This document shows, one piece after another, positions 28,288 through 37,554 of a stretch of 64,000 nucleotides of DNA. Position numbers and translations under genes: made by a program. The stretch is from an uncultured Gammaproteobacteria bacterium (GTDB taxonomy: Bacteria; Patescibacteriota; Patescibacteriia; CAYZDG01): the NCBI GenBank assembly GCA_964536515.1, contig CAZHXI010000004.1, positions 5,038-69,037 of the forward strand, in the 5' to 3' direction. Numbering within the stretch: position 1 is the stretch's first letter; every line of letters begins with the position of its first letter. The notes under the pieces were generated by a model. The model worked only from the letters and a program-made list of their open reading frames with translations. It was not told the DNA's origin and did not search any database.

Positions 28288-29160
28288 ATGGAGAACCTAC
28301 CAGCGATCCACGCCGAGGTTTTCAAGACGGGTACGGGCACCCCGTACCTACGCCAGCCCGGCGTGGTTGTTCTGGCTGTGCCGAACACCAACCTGGCGGG
28401 GCTAGAAGGATTCCTGAAGGGCTTCGATGAGTCGTTCAACTTCCCGGACTACATCAATGACCCCACGCCGCTGGGCCCGGTGGAGCGGCTGTGCAAGCTG
28501 GCCGGACAGCTGTGCTACATGAGCTTCGGCCCCAAGCGCACCATGAACGCCGAGGCCGAGAAGTACTTCTTCAACATTAAGTCCTCCGGGCACGGCTCGG
28601 TGCTGGAGCACGCCAACGTGAGCCTTCTGCTGTACGGCGTCTCGCGTAGCCTTACGCACGAGCTCGTCCGCCACCGCGCCGGATTCGGCTTCTCGCAGGT
28701 CAGCCAGCGCTACGTCAGCGGCCGCACGCTGCGGTTCGTGGAGCGGCCCGAGTTCGTGGGCGACGAGCAGCTGCACGCCAGGTTCGAGGCGCGCATAGAT
28801 GCAGCAGCGGCGGAGTACGAGGCAATGTCAGACCGGCTGGAGGAGATGCAGGCCGCGGGGAACACCGCCATCCTCACCGGCGAGCAGAAGACGGACCTAC
28901 GCAAGAAGGTGCGCCAGGTTGCGCGCGCCGTGCTGCCCAACGAGACCGAGGCTCCGATTGTGGTAACCGCCAACATGCGCGCGTGGCGGCACTTCATTGA
29001 GATGCGTGCCAGCAGCCACTCCGAGACCGAGATTCGCGAGGCGGCGTTCCGCGTGTTCACCTGCCTCAGGCAGATTGCGCCCATCATGTTCGGCGACTAC
29101 AGCGAGGAGGCGTACCCCGACGGCACGCGGGGGGTGGCAACCGACTACCGCAAGGCGTAA
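28288..29160 (+). CDS. thyX: FAD-dependent thymidylate synthase ThyX
   Basis: ThyX signature RHRxxxxSxxSQR (LVRHRAGFGFSQVSQRY). Confidence 0.9.
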   Translation: MENLPAIHAEVFKTGTGTPYLRQPGVVVLAVPNTNLAGLEGFLKGFDESFNFPDYINDPTPLGPVERLCKLAGQLCYMSFGPKRTMNAEAEKYFFNIKSSGHGSVLEHANVSLLLYGVSRSLTHELVRHRAGFGFSQVSQRYVSGRTLRFVERPEFVGDEQLHARFEARIDAAAAEYEAMSDRLEEMQAAGNTAILTGEQKTDLRKKVRQVARAVLPNETEAPIVVTANMRAWRHFIEMRASSHSETEIREAAFRVFTCLRQIAPIMFGDYSEEAYPDGTRGVATDYRKA

Positions 29161-29169
29161 GATTGGGGC

Positions 29170-29616
29170 ATGGCAAAGCCCCCCATCGTCCTCGCCTCAG
29201 ACCACGCCGGCTACCAGCTGAAGGAGCAGCTCAGCGCGTGGCTGGCGAAGACCGGCTACGCGGTCCACGACTGCACGCCGACCTTCAAGAACGATGACGA
29301 CTACCCGCGCCACGCCGCCGCGGCTAGCTTGGCCGTGGAGAACATTCCCCAGGCACGGGTGCTGCTGGTGTGCGGCTCCGGCGCCGGCATCGCCATGGCT
29401 GCCAACCGCTTCCCCTGGATGCGCGTGGTGCAGGCCACCGATCCAGCGGTGGTAAAGATGGCGCGAGCAGACGAAGATGCTAACGGGTTGGCGCTATCCA
29501 GCGTGCGGCTGAACATCGCCGCAGCTAAGAAGCTGGTCGCTGCGTTCCTCGGCGCCAAGCCTTCCGCTGCCGGTAGGCACCGTAGGCGCCAGAAGCTGCT
29601 GGCGAAGCTGCCCTAG
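29170..29616 (+). CDS. rpiB: Ribose-5-phosphate isomerase B (RpiB/LacAB family)
   Basis: VLASDHAGYQLK, LLVCGSGAGIAMAANR and C-terminal GRHRRR align with E. coli RpiB. Confidence 0.85.
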   Translation: MAKPPIVLASDHAGYQLKEQLSAWLAKTGYAVHDCTPTFKNDDDYPRHAAAASLAVENIPQARVLLVCGSGAGIAMAANRFPWMRVVQATDPAVVKMARADEDANGLALSSVRLNIAAAKKLVAAFLGAKPSAAGRHRRRQKLLAKLP

Positions 29617-29618
29617 CT

Positions 29619-30281
29619 ATGGAGCTGATTCCCGCCATCCTCGAAACCAGCGCGGCGGGCATCCAAGCCAAGCTGGACGCGCTGTCGCACCTGCCGCACG
29701 TGCGGCTGGCGCAGATCGACGTGGCAGACGCCAGCATCACCCGGCAGAGCCTGTGGCACCAGCCGGAAGATCTACGGCAACTGCGCTGGGGCGGGCAGCT
29801 GGAGCTCCACCTGATGCAGATGTCGCCGCCGCTGGCTGCATGGCTGCTGGATAGCCGCGTGGTCCGCTGCGTGGTGCACGCCGAGGCTAGCCACCCCGAC
29901 CGTCTGCTGGCCGCCATTCGCGCCGCGGGTAGGGCAGCGGGCTTGGCACTGAATCCTTCCACGACGGTCGAGCAGGCGGCTCGGTACCTGCCCGGCGCCG
30001 ACTACGTGCTGCTGATGACGGTTGAGCCCGGTGCGCAGGGCCAGAGCTTCCATTCAGACGTGCTGCCCAAGGCCAAGGCTATTCGCCAGCTGGAGCCGGA
30101 CATTCAAATCTACGTAGACGGCGGCGTGCGGCCCGAGACCATTGGCGGCATCATCGCTGCGGGCTGCGACGGAGCAGCTGTGGGTAGCTACCTGTGGAAC
30201 ACCGAGGATGCAGCCGTGGCCTGGAAGCGACTGGAGTCTGCCGCTGCTGGCCACCGCGTCACCCCCCGGGCGCAGTGGTAG
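29619..30281 (+). CDS. Ribulose-phosphate 3-epimerase-like TIM-barrel protein (divergent)
   Basis: Collinear with Rpe: ELHLMQ/DVHLMV, GLALNPST/GLVFNPAT, LLMTVEPGAQGQSF/LLMSVNPGFGGQSF, YVDGGV. The canonical HxDxMD metal motif reads QIDVAD here. Confidence 0.6.
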   Translation: MELIPAILETSAAGIQAKLDALSHLPHVRLAQIDVADASITRQSLWHQPEDLRQLRWGGQLELHLMQMSPPLAAWLLDSRVVRCVVHAEASHPDRLLAAIRAAGRAAGLALNPSTTVEQAARYLPGADYVLLMTVEPGAQGQSFHSDVLPKAKAIRQLEPDIQIYVDGGVRPETIGGIIAAGCDGAAVGSYLWNTEDAAVAWKRLESAAAGHRVTPRAQW

Positions 30282-30282
30282 A

Positions 30283-30320
30283 TGGCGCTGAGCGCCACTG
30301 GTACGCACGCTGAGCGTGCG
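30283..30320 (+). other. Two tandem GC-stem hairpins with TGA loops immediately after the rpe-like stop (TGGCGC-TGA-GCGCCA and CGCACGC-TGA-GCGTGCG)
   Basis: Inverted repeats read directly from the sequence. No U-tract follows. Confidence 0.5.
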
Positions 30321-30479
30321 AGGCGTTGAAGGGCTTCACGAAGAATTGGTAGTCAACCTCTAACCTTGACGAAGCGGTGAAAAAGTGATAAAAGGCAATA
30401 TCTGGTGCAACGGCACCAACCTAAAGCCGGCGGGAATTAGTCCGGCAAAATCGTTGAAAAATTGAAAGGAAGGTCCGCG

Positions 30480-30818
30480 ATGAGCAACACCTCGCGCACC
30501 AATGCTTCCGACTCGGACAAGATGCCGACTCGCAAGCAGATAGCTGCACTGTTTAGCCAATGGGCGAAGGGCAATATCGTTACCCGATTCCGTGTATGTG
30601 TCGAGCTACTGGGGTTTCCAGCCGATAGCTTCGGAGACAAGGACCAACCAGCGCAGCTCGAAGAGATGGTCCTTGTCATCGAGCAGATGAACAAGGGAAA
30701 GGTAGACAGGGAGATGCTTCAGAATTTTCTTCGAAAACCACTGCCACCTTTTGGTGAGTTCAAAAAGGAGATACCCGACAGGACCGAGCCAGCTACACTA
30801 AGACACGAAGAATATTGA
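30480..30818 (+). CDS. Hypothetical protein in a low-GC islet
   Basis: ATG preceded by SD GGAAGG at a 6-nt spacing. The ORF-track start at 30462 is an upstream TTG. Ends 51 nt before a strong terminator. Confidence 0.45.
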   Translation: MSNTSRTNASDSDKMPTRKQIAALFSQWAKGNIVTRFRVCVELLGFPADSFGDKDQPAQLEEMVLVIEQMNKGKVDREMLQNFLRKPLPPFGEFKKEIPDRTEPATLRHEEY

Positions 30819-30869
30819 TAGGATAAAGGAGGTATTTACTGTTTAGATTTCCTCCACCCTCAACTTAGA

Positions 30870-30899
30870 CCCCCGGAAAATTCCGGGGGTCATTTTTTT
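30870..30899 (+). terminator. Rho-independent terminator (CCCCCGG-AAAATT-CCGGGGG plus TCATTTTTTT)
   Basis: Canonical stem-loop plus a 7-T tract. It overlaps the 3' end of the convergent minus-strand ORF. Confidence 0.85.
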
Positions 30900-31192
30900 G
30901 GTGCCAAGCTCAGGCAGCTGTTGCCCAGGCGAATTGGGGGCAGGTTGTAGCCGAGCTTGCAGAGGTCTAGCAGGGATCCGATGAGCTCATCGAGCTGCAG
31001 GAAGACGGGTTCATCTGGTAGCGCCTGGACCAGGTAAGCCTCGGCAATGACCGGCGTCCCAGTGGGGAGTGTTGAAGTTTCTACCACCCCGTACCCGAGC
31101 TTGCGGACGCTCTTCAGTAGCTCACGGCCACCTTCCTCTTCTAGTAGGACGGTACTGGGTGACCCAGATGAACGCCAAACCTTTCTCTTCAT
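30890..31192 (-). CDS. Hypothetical protein (low-GC islet), convergent with the preceding ORF
   Basis: A 100-aa ORF with no recognisable motif. Its coding potential is uncertain. Confidence 0.3.
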   Translation of the reverse strand: MKRKVWRSSGSPSTVLLEEEGGRELLKSVRKLGYGVVETSTLPTGTPVIAEAYLVQALPDEPVFLQLDELIGSLLDLCKLGYNLPPIRLGNSCLSLAPKK

Positions 31193-31278
31193 ACGTTTCT
31201 CCTTTCCAATGAGCGAGCGATTGGCTGCACGTTATATCCGTTCGTGCGTAGCGGCAAGATGGACGGTATACTGGCGCC

Positions 31279-32133
31279 ATGGAGCAGACGCCGAACATCG
31301 CTGAGCTCGCCCAGGTTGCGAACCGGGTGAGGCAGGACATTATCGAGATGCTGGTGGCGGCTGGCTCCGGCCACTCGGCGGGCCCGCTGGGTATGGCCGA
31401 CGTGTTCGTTGCCCTGTACGGCGGCGTGCTGAACGTAGACCCCAAGAATCCAACGGCGCCAGACCGTGACCGCGTGGTGCTATCCAACGCCCACATCTGC
31501 CCGGTGCTGTACGCCACGCTGGCCCGATTCGGCTTCTTCCCGCCCGACGAGCTACGTACGCTGCGGCGCTTCGGCAGCCGTCTAGCTGGCCACTCCAACA
31601 ACCACGGGCTGCCGGGCGTAGAGACGAGCGGAGGACCGCTGGGGCAGGGGCTGTCGCAGGCCTGCGGCATGGCCTTGGCGGCGCGGCTGGACGGCGCACG
31701 CTGGCGCACCTACTGCCTAATGTCCGACGGCGAGCACGACGAGGGCCAGGTTTGGGAGGCGTACGGGTTCGGCGCGGCGCACCGGCTGCATACGCTCACC
31801 GCGCTCATCGACCGTAATAACATTCAGATAGACGGCCGCACCGAGGACGTGATGCCGCTGGAAAATTTCCGCGCCAAGCTGGAGTCGTTCAACTGGCACG
31901 TGCTGGAGGTAGACGGCCACAACATCCAGGCGATCATAGATGCCTGCAGGCAGGCGGAGGCGATCACGGAACGGCCGAGCGCCATTATCTGCCACACCGT
32001 GCCGGGCAAGGGCGTAGACTTCATGGAGAATAAATTCGAGTGGCACGGCAAGCCGCCCACTGCAGACGAGGCCAAGCTGGCGCTGGCTGAGCTGCGGAGC
32101 CTGGGCGGCCGAATAACTGGAGAGCACCAGTAG
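31279..32133 (+). CDS. tktA: Transketolase, N-terminal subunit (split Tkt; ThDP-binding PP domain)
   Basis: GHSAGPLGMADV, GDG-like motifs (MSDGEHDEGQVWEA), and the ~280-aa length typical of split transketolase N halves. Confidence 0.9.
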   Translation: MEQTPNIAELAQVANRVRQDIIEMLVAAGSGHSAGPLGMADVFVALYGGVLNVDPKNPTAPDRDRVVLSNAHICPVLYATLARFGFFPPDELRTLRRFGSRLAGHSNNHGLPGVETSGGPLGQGLSQACGMALAARLDGARWRTYCLMSDGEHDEGQVWEAYGFGAAHRLHTLTALIDRNNIQIDGRTEDVMPLENFRAKLESFNWHVLEVDGHNIQAIIDACRQAEAITERPSAIICHTVPGKGVDFMENKFEWHGKPPTADEAKLALAELRSLGGRITGEHQ

Positions 32134-32151
32134 AAATATGTACAACCCTCT

Positions 32152-32235
32152 CTACTCATTGCGAGCGCAGCGAAGCGATCTCGTTCTTGAAGTGAGGGGA
32201 TTGCTTCGGTCGCTACGCTCCCTCGCAATGAGTAG
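32152..32235. repeat. Long imperfect inverted repeat between the two transketolase cistrons, with 14-bp perfect arms CTACTCATTGCGAG / CTCGCAATGAGTAG
   Basis: Read directly from the sequence. The right arm ends 9 nt before the tkt C-subunit ATG. Confidence 0.6.
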
Positions 32236-32243
32236 GTAATCGT

Positions 32244-33218
32244 ATGGCTACTTCGCTTCACCACACCCTGTACAGCGAGCAGCCCGAGACGGGCGCCACG
32301 CGCGACGGCTATGGTTTGGGCGTGGTCCAGGCTGGCGAGAAGGACGGCAACGTCGTCGTGCTCTGCTGCGACCTAACAGACTCCACCAAGTCAGACGCAT
32401 TCAAGAAGAAGTTCCCCCAGCGATTCTTCCAGGTCGGCGTGGCCGAGCAGAACATGGCCGGCATCGCCGCCGGTTTGGCGCTCAGCGGCAAGGTTCCGTT
32501 CATTGCTAGCTACGCCGTGTTCTCGCCGGGCAGGAACTGGGACCAGCTGCGCGTATCCGTCTGCTACTCCAATGCGAACGTAAAGATTATGGGTGCGCAC
32601 GCCGGCATCTCGGTGGGGCCAGACGGGGCCACGCACCAGGCCCTGGAGGACATTGCCATCACCCGCGTGCTGCCGGGAATGACGGTGCTCGTCCCCTGCG
32701 ACGTAGAGGAGACGCGCAAGGCAGTCCTCGCCGCTGCCGCTCACAACGGCCCCGTGTACATTCGCTTCGGTCGCGAGAAGACGCCGCTGGTTACGGTGCC
32801 CGAGACGCCGTTCGAGATCGGCAAGGCACAGGTGCTGCGTGACGGTACGGATGTGGCGATCATCGCCTGCGGCAGCATGGTCTACCATGCGCTTGCAGCA
32901 GCTCGTCAGCTTGAGGCGAAGAACATCAGCGTAGCGGTAGTGAACGCTGCCAGCGTTAAGCCGTTGGATGAAGAGACGATCGCGTCTATCGCTGCCAAGT
33001 GCGGCGCAGTGGTAACGGCCGAGGAGCACCAAATCACCGGCGGCTTGGGCGAAGCTGTTGCCGGCGCTCTGTCGCGCCGCCACCCGGTACCGATTGAGTT
33101 CGTTGGTATGCCCAACAGCTTCGGCGAGAGCGGCAAGCCGGGCGAGCTCATCGCCAAGTACGGGATGGATACGGCGGCGGTCGTGGCGGCGGTGGAGGCA
33201 TCTCTTAAGAGAAAGTAA
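32244..33218 (+). CDS. tktB: Transketolase, C-terminal subunit (Pyr and C-terminal domains)
   Basis: Transketolase pyrimidine-binding domain and the ~320-aa length typical of split Tkt C halves. Confidence 0.9.
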   Translation: MATSLHHTLYSEQPETGATRDGYGLGVVQAGEKDGNVVVLCCDLTDSTKSDAFKKKFPQRFFQVGVAEQNMAGIAAGLALSGKVPFIASYAVFSPGRNWDQLRVSVCYSNANVKIMGAHAGISVGPDGATHQALEDIAITRVLPGMTVLVPCDVEETRKAVLAAAAHNGPVYIRFGREKTPLVTVPETPFEIGKAQVLRDGTDVAIIACGSMVYHALAAARQLEAKNISVAVVNAASVKPLDEETIASIAAKCGAVVTAEEHQITGGLGEAVAGALSRRHPVPIEFVGMPNSFGESGKPGELIAKYGMDTAAVVAAVEASLKRK

Positions 33219-33244
33219 AAGCCCGCTATGCAGCGGGCTTTGTA
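33218..33244 (+). terminator. Terminator hairpin after the tkt C subunit (AAAGCCCGCT-ATGC-AGCGGGCTTT plus GTAACG)
   Basis: 10-bp stem followed by a short U-run. It lies between convergent genes. Confidence 0.6.
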
Positions 33245-33257
33245 ACGAAATAACGTT

Positions 33258-33770
33258 TCACTTCGTGGCGTTTTGATGCGGAGGAAAGATCGTAGTGGTA
33301 TCCGAGTCGGTTACGGTAATGTGGATTTCGTGGTTCGGGAACAGGGGTCCCAGGATTGCGTGAATAGAGTCGGCTGTTACGAGCGGGTGGACCCCGTCGA
33401 CCTGGAAGTTCAATTCCAGAGCTCGACCGTCTTTCACCATATCTAAGGGGTGGTCAATGTTTATTTTTGCGTCAAAACGGAGGATCTTCTCAACCGCAAC
33501 TCCATCAGATTCGGCTTCCCGTAGAATGGGATAACTGTGGCCGGAGTGATGCGCACGTATCAGCAATCGGGTTCCGGTACCCGGCTCACCCTTTGGGTAA
33601 ATAAGGAATATGCTGGTACGGCGTTTGCCGTGTCGTATCGTGGGTGATTTGTAAGCCGCGAAGGACGCGTGATCGGTTATCGGCGTAGCCCCCACACCGA
33701 TGGTGGCTCCGCTCAAATCCGTTTCGGGCGGCAGCAGTTTAAATGGGACTAGTGCTTTCGATTCTGGCAT
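33258..33770 (-). CDS. Hypothetical protein (possible cupin-like; His-rich LLIRAHHSGHS motif)
   Basis: The ATG at 33770 is preceded by SD AAGGAG at a 9-nt spacing. The ORF track's longer TTG start is less likely. Confidence 0.4.
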   Translation of the reverse strand: MPESKALVPFKLLPPETDLSGATIGVGATPITDHASFAAYKSPTIRHGKRRTSIFLIYPKGEPGTGTRLLIRAHHSGHSYPILREAESDGVAVEKILRFDAKINIDHPLDMVKDGRALELNFQVDGVHPLVTADSIHAILGPLFPNHEIHITVTDSDTTTIFPPHQNATK

Positions 33771-33884
33771 GGCTACGGACTCCTTTTTCAATATGCAATC
33801 GGTTATCTACGTTAACCAACGTCGGTACCCTAAGCGCTCGGGTTTGCTGCGTCAAGCGTTCGGAGACGTGGTAGAATTTCTCCT

Positions 33885-34886
33885 ATGGTAACTAAGAAGA
33901 GGGCCGCTTGGGATGTGCTAACAATCGGCGATGCCACGCTGGATATCTTCCTGCGCATCGACCAAGCCACTACGGACTGTAGGCTAGACACCAAGCAGTG
34001 CGAACTGTGCCTGTCGTACGCCGATAAGGTTCCGGTGGAGTCTATCCACCGCGTGGTCGGCGGCAATGCGGCTAATGCTGCGGTCGGCTCCAGCCGCCTG
34101 GGGCTGAAGGCGGCAATGTTCGGTGTTACGGGCAGCGACGAGGTAGCGCAGATGATAAAGAAGACGCTGAAGGCCGAGGGCGTAGACACGTCGCAGCTGA
34201 CCATGGCCAAGGGCCAGGTGGCGAACACGTCCGTGGTGCTGTGGCACAAGGAGGAGCGGACCATCCTCATCTACCATGAGCCGCGTACATACCGCTGGCC
34301 CGCCAAGCTGCCGGCTGCTCGCTACGTCTACTTCACGTCCATGCGGAAGGGTTTCGAGAAGTTCCACCCGCAGCTGCTGGCCTACCTCCACCGCACCGAG
34401 GCCAAGCTGGTATTCCAGCCCGGTACATTCCAGCTCGCGCTGGGGCTGAATAAGCTCAAGCCGCTCATTGCCGCCAGCGAACTATTCGTGGTCAACCGCG
34501 AGGAGGCGGCGGGGCTGCTGGGCGTGCCCGTCGCCACCAGCGTGCCCCAGCTCCTGGGGCAGCTCACCCAGTTCGGGGCCAGGTACGTTAGCATCACCGA
34601 TGGCCAGAAGGGTTCGTGGGGCTGCGATGGCACCAAGTGCTACCAGGTACCGCTGTTCCCCGGAGAGCGCATCGAGGCAACCGGCGCCGGCGACGCCTAC
34701 GCCACCGCGGCAATGGCAGCGCTGGCGAACGGCAAGACGTACGCCGAGGCTCTGGCATGGGGTCCGGTAAATTCTGCCAACGTCATCCAGCACATTGGGC
34801 CGCAGGCAGGATTGCTCACGCGTGCCCAGCTGGAGGGACGCATTGCCAAGAATAGGCGCTACCGCGTCGTCGCCCGGTCGCTGTAG
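33885..34886 (+). CDS. PfkB-family carbohydrate kinase (ribokinase-like sugar or sugar-phosphate kinase)
   Basis: N-terminal GG dipeptide (VVGGNAANAA) and C-terminal GAGDAY anion-hole motif. Confidence 0.8.
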   Translation: MVTKKRAAWDVLTIGDATLDIFLRIDQATTDCRLDTKQCELCLSYADKVPVESIHRVVGGNAANAAVGSSRLGLKAAMFGVTGSDEVAQMIKKTLKAEGVDTSQLTMAKGQVANTSVVLWHKEERTILIYHEPRTYRWPAKLPAARYVYFTSMRKGFEKFHPQLLAYLHRTEAKLVFQPGTFQLALGLNKLKPLIAASELFVVNREEAAGLLGVPVATSVPQLLGQLTQFGARYVSITDGQKGSWGCDGTKCYQVPLFPGERIEATGAGDAYATAAMAALANGKTYAEALAWGPVNSANVIQHIGPQAGLLTRAQLEGRIAKNRRYRVVARSL

Positions 34887-34888
34887 CT

Positions 34889-35803
34889 ATGCTAGCCAAC
34901 GGAAAGCCAATTCTCGTAGCCGCGCGCAAGGGTGGATACGCCATTGGCGCATTCAACTTCAGCAACCTTGAGCAGCTGCAGGCGATCGTAGAAGCGGCGG
35001 AGGCCGAGAAGTCCCCGGTGTTCGTCAGCACATCGGAGGGCGCAATTCAGTACGCCACCATGCCCCAGCTCGTTGCCATGGCGCACACCGCAGCCAAGGC
35101 TGCGCGCGTTCCCGTGGTGCTGCACCTCGACCACGGCAAAGATCCCGACATCGTTAAGCTCGCCATTAAGAGCGGCTACACGTCCGTGATGTTCGATGGC
35201 TCCAGCCGGCCGTACGGCCAGAATCTTACATTGACCAAGCAGCTGGCGCAGCTGGCCCACCGCCGCAAGATTCCGCTGGAGGCGGAATTGGGTGTCCTGC
35301 GTGGTATCGAGGATACGGTCAGCGCCAGCGAGAATGTGTTGACCGATCCGGCGCAGGTTAAGGAATTCGTCCGCGCCACGGGGTGCGACAGCATTGCCGT
35401 AGCCATTGGCACAAGCCACGGCGTGCACAAGTTCAAGGGTATGGCACACCTAGACTTCCAGCGTCTGCGAGAGATTGCGGCGCAGGTTACGCTGCCCATC
35501 GTGCTCCACGGCGCCAGCGGCGTGCTGCCGAACCTGGTTGCAGAGGCTAAATCCTACGGCGCCGAATTGGGCGAGGCGCACGGCGTAGACGACCAATCGA
35601 TCCTGAATGCCGTTAAGCTGGGCGTGGCCAAGGTGAACATAGACTCTGACCTACGTCTGGCGTTCATCGACGCCGTGCGAAAGGTTATTAAGACCTCGCC
35701 CGAGACGTTCGACCCGCGGCACATCCTGGGACCAGCCAAGGATTTAATGACCCAGGTGGTGCGCCAGAAGATGCACCTGTTCGGGTCTTCGGGCCGGGCG
35801 TAG
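34889..35803 (+). CDS. fba: Class II fructose/tagatose-bisphosphate aldolase
   Basis: Aligns with GatY/KbaY/FbaA: GGYAIGAFNF, HLDHG, AIGTSHG, LVLHGASG. Confidence 0.9.
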   Translation: MLANGKPILVAARKGGYAIGAFNFSNLEQLQAIVEAAEAEKSPVFVSTSEGAIQYATMPQLVAMAHTAAKAARVPVVLHLDHGKDPDIVKLAIKSGYTSVMFDGSSRPYGQNLTLTKQLAQLAHRRKIPLEAELGVLRGIEDTVSASENVLTDPAQVKEFVRATGCDSIAVAIGTSHGVHKFKGMAHLDFQRLREIAAQVTLPIVLHGASGVLPNLVAEAKSYGAELGEAHGVDDQSILNAVKLGVAKVNIDSDLRLAFIDAVRKVIKTSPETFDPRHILGPAKDLMTQVVRQKMHLFGSSGRA

Positions 35804-35866
35804 GGGCGCATTGCAAGGCGCCCCCCGGGGGCGGTATCATGAGGTTCTACCAATAAATCTTTTCCT

Positions 35867-36187
35867 ATGCCCGCAACCCACTTCTCCGAGGCTGACTTCA
35901 AGGCCAAGGTGCTTCAGTCCGATAAGCCCGTAGTCGTAGATTTCTACGCCGACTGGTGCGGCCCCTGCCGAGCCATGGCCCCGATTATCGAGGAGCTGGC
36001 GCACGAGCTGAACGGCAGCGCGGTAGTGGGTAAGCTAGACGTAGACGCCAGCCAGGCGCTGGCCGAGCAGTACCAGGTCATGAGCATTCCCACCGTCATC
36101 GTATTCAAGGGTGGCCAGCCGGTGCACCGCTTCAGCGGCGTGCAGAACAAGGCGACGATCCTAGAGAAGGTAAGGGCGCTGGTGTAG
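35867..36187 (+). CDS. trxA: Thioredoxin
   Basis: WCGPC active site in a 106-aa protein. Confidence 0.9.
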   Translation: MPATHFSEADFKAKVLQSDKPVVVDFYADWCGPCRAMAPIIEELAHELNGSAVVGKLDVDASQALAEQYQVMSIPTVIVFKGGQPVHRFSGVQNKATILEKVRALV

Positions 36188-36251
36188 AGACGCCGCCCGA
36201 AAAACAAAACCACAAAAGTAATTCGCCACACCCCGCCGCCGCAGAGAAGCT

Positions 36252-37505
36252 ATGCCGACACCCCTCGCTAGCGCCACGGCGCAGCTGCGGGAATCGGCGG
36301 CGCTCGTCGGCGTTGGCGGCGACGAGCTGCGGCGCCTGGCGGCGCCGGTTCGCGTCCTAGAATCTACCCTCCACGTCCGGCGTGACGATGGATCGTGGCT
36401 GCACCTGCCCGCCTACAGGGTGCAGCACAGCGATGCGCGTGGGCCGTTCAAGGGCGGCATTCGCTTCCACCCCAGCGTCAACCTGAACGAGGTCCGTGCC
36501 CTGGCGATGTGGATGGCTATTAAGTGTGCGGTCGTCGGCGTTCCGTTCGGCGGCGGCAAGGGCGGCGTAGCGGTGGACCCCAAGAGGCTCTCGTCAGCGG
36601 AGCTGGAGCGGGTCTCGCGAGCGTGGGTACGTGCCTTCGTTGGCTACCTGGGGCAAGACATTGATGTGCCCGCGCCAGACGTGGGCACTACTCCGCAGGT
36701 AATGGCCTGGATGCTAGATGAGTACGAGCACCTGGCTGGCCGGCACGAGCCCGGCTTCATTACCGGCAAGCCCATCGGGCTGGGCGGCAGCTTGGGGCGT
36801 GATACAGCTACGGCGCAGGGGGCGATGTATGTGCTCGACGCTGCCCGCGAGCACCTGCGCATTAGGCCCGGCGGCACCGTTGCCGTGCAGGGCTTCGGCA
36901 ATGCCGGCAGCCACATTGCGTCGATCTTGGCAGCTGCGGGCTACCGCGTGGTGGCGATCTCCGACTCCGCTGGAGGGGTCCGCGTAGGACGCGGTACGGG
37001 GGTTGCACGTGGAACCCTAGATCTAACGGCATTGGCAGCACACAAGGAGGCAGCTGGGCGGGTGCAGGGTTTGGCGGGGACCGAGCCCATTCGTAACAGC
37101 CAGCTGCTGACCACGCCCGTGGATCTGCTGGTGCTGGCAGCGTTCGAGAGCCAGGTAACTAAGGCAAATGCGAGCCGGGTCCGTGCAAAAGCCATACTCG
37201 AGCTGGCGAATGGCCCGGTTTCGGCCGATGCAGAGCCCTCTCTGCTCCGCCGGGGCATCCACGTCATCCCCGATGTTCTCGCTAACGCCGGAGGTGTAGC
37301 TACGTCGTACTTCGAGTGGGTACAGAATCGTGAAGGGCGCTACTGGAAGGCTGCCGAAGTGCAGGAAAAGCTTAGGGAAATAATGGGTAACGCTACCCGC
37401 GATGTCGTGGAGCTAGCCAAGCGGCAGAAGATTAGCCTACGGAGCGCGGCTTTCTCTCTCGCCGTCGCTCGAATTGCCGAGGCTGAGGTTGCTAGGGGCA
37501 AGTAG
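36252..37505 (+). CDS. gdh: Glutamate dehydrogenase (Glu/Leu/Phe/Val dehydrogenase family)
   Basis: GGIRFHPSVN...KCAVVGVPFGGGKGG signature and a Rossmann GFGNAGS motif. Confidence 0.9.
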   Translation: MPTPLASATAQLRESAALVGVGGDELRRLAAPVRVLESTLHVRRDDGSWLHLPAYRVQHSDARGPFKGGIRFHPSVNLNEVRALAMWMAIKCAVVGVPFGGGKGGVAVDPKRLSSAELERVSRAWVRAFVGYLGQDIDVPAPDVGTTPQVMAWMLDEYEHLAGRHEPGFITGKPIGLGGSLGRDTATAQGAMYVLDAAREHLRIRPGGTVAVQGFGNAGSHIASILAAAGYRVVAISDSAGGVRVGRGTGVARGTLDLTALAAHKEAAGRVQGLAGTEPIRNSQLLTTPVDLLVLAAFESQVTKANASRVRAKAILELANGPVSADAEPSLLRRGIHVIPDVLANAGGVATSYFEWVQNREGRYWKAAEVQEKLREIMGNATRDVVELAKRQKISLRSAAFSLAVARIAEAEVARGK

Positions 37506-37515
37506 GGGCGTCGCG

Positions 37516-37554
37516 ATGCAAGTAGAGACGTTGCATTGCAACGTCTCTACTTGC
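37516..37554. repeat. Perfect palindrome TGCAAGTAGAGACGTTGCA-T-TGCAACGTCTCTACTTGCA (family GTAGAGACG...CGTCTCTAC), copy 1
   Basis: Read directly. The motif lies 7 nt past the gdh TAG stop (37503-37505), and its right arm overlaps the -35 of the downstream promoter. Confidence 0.7.
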
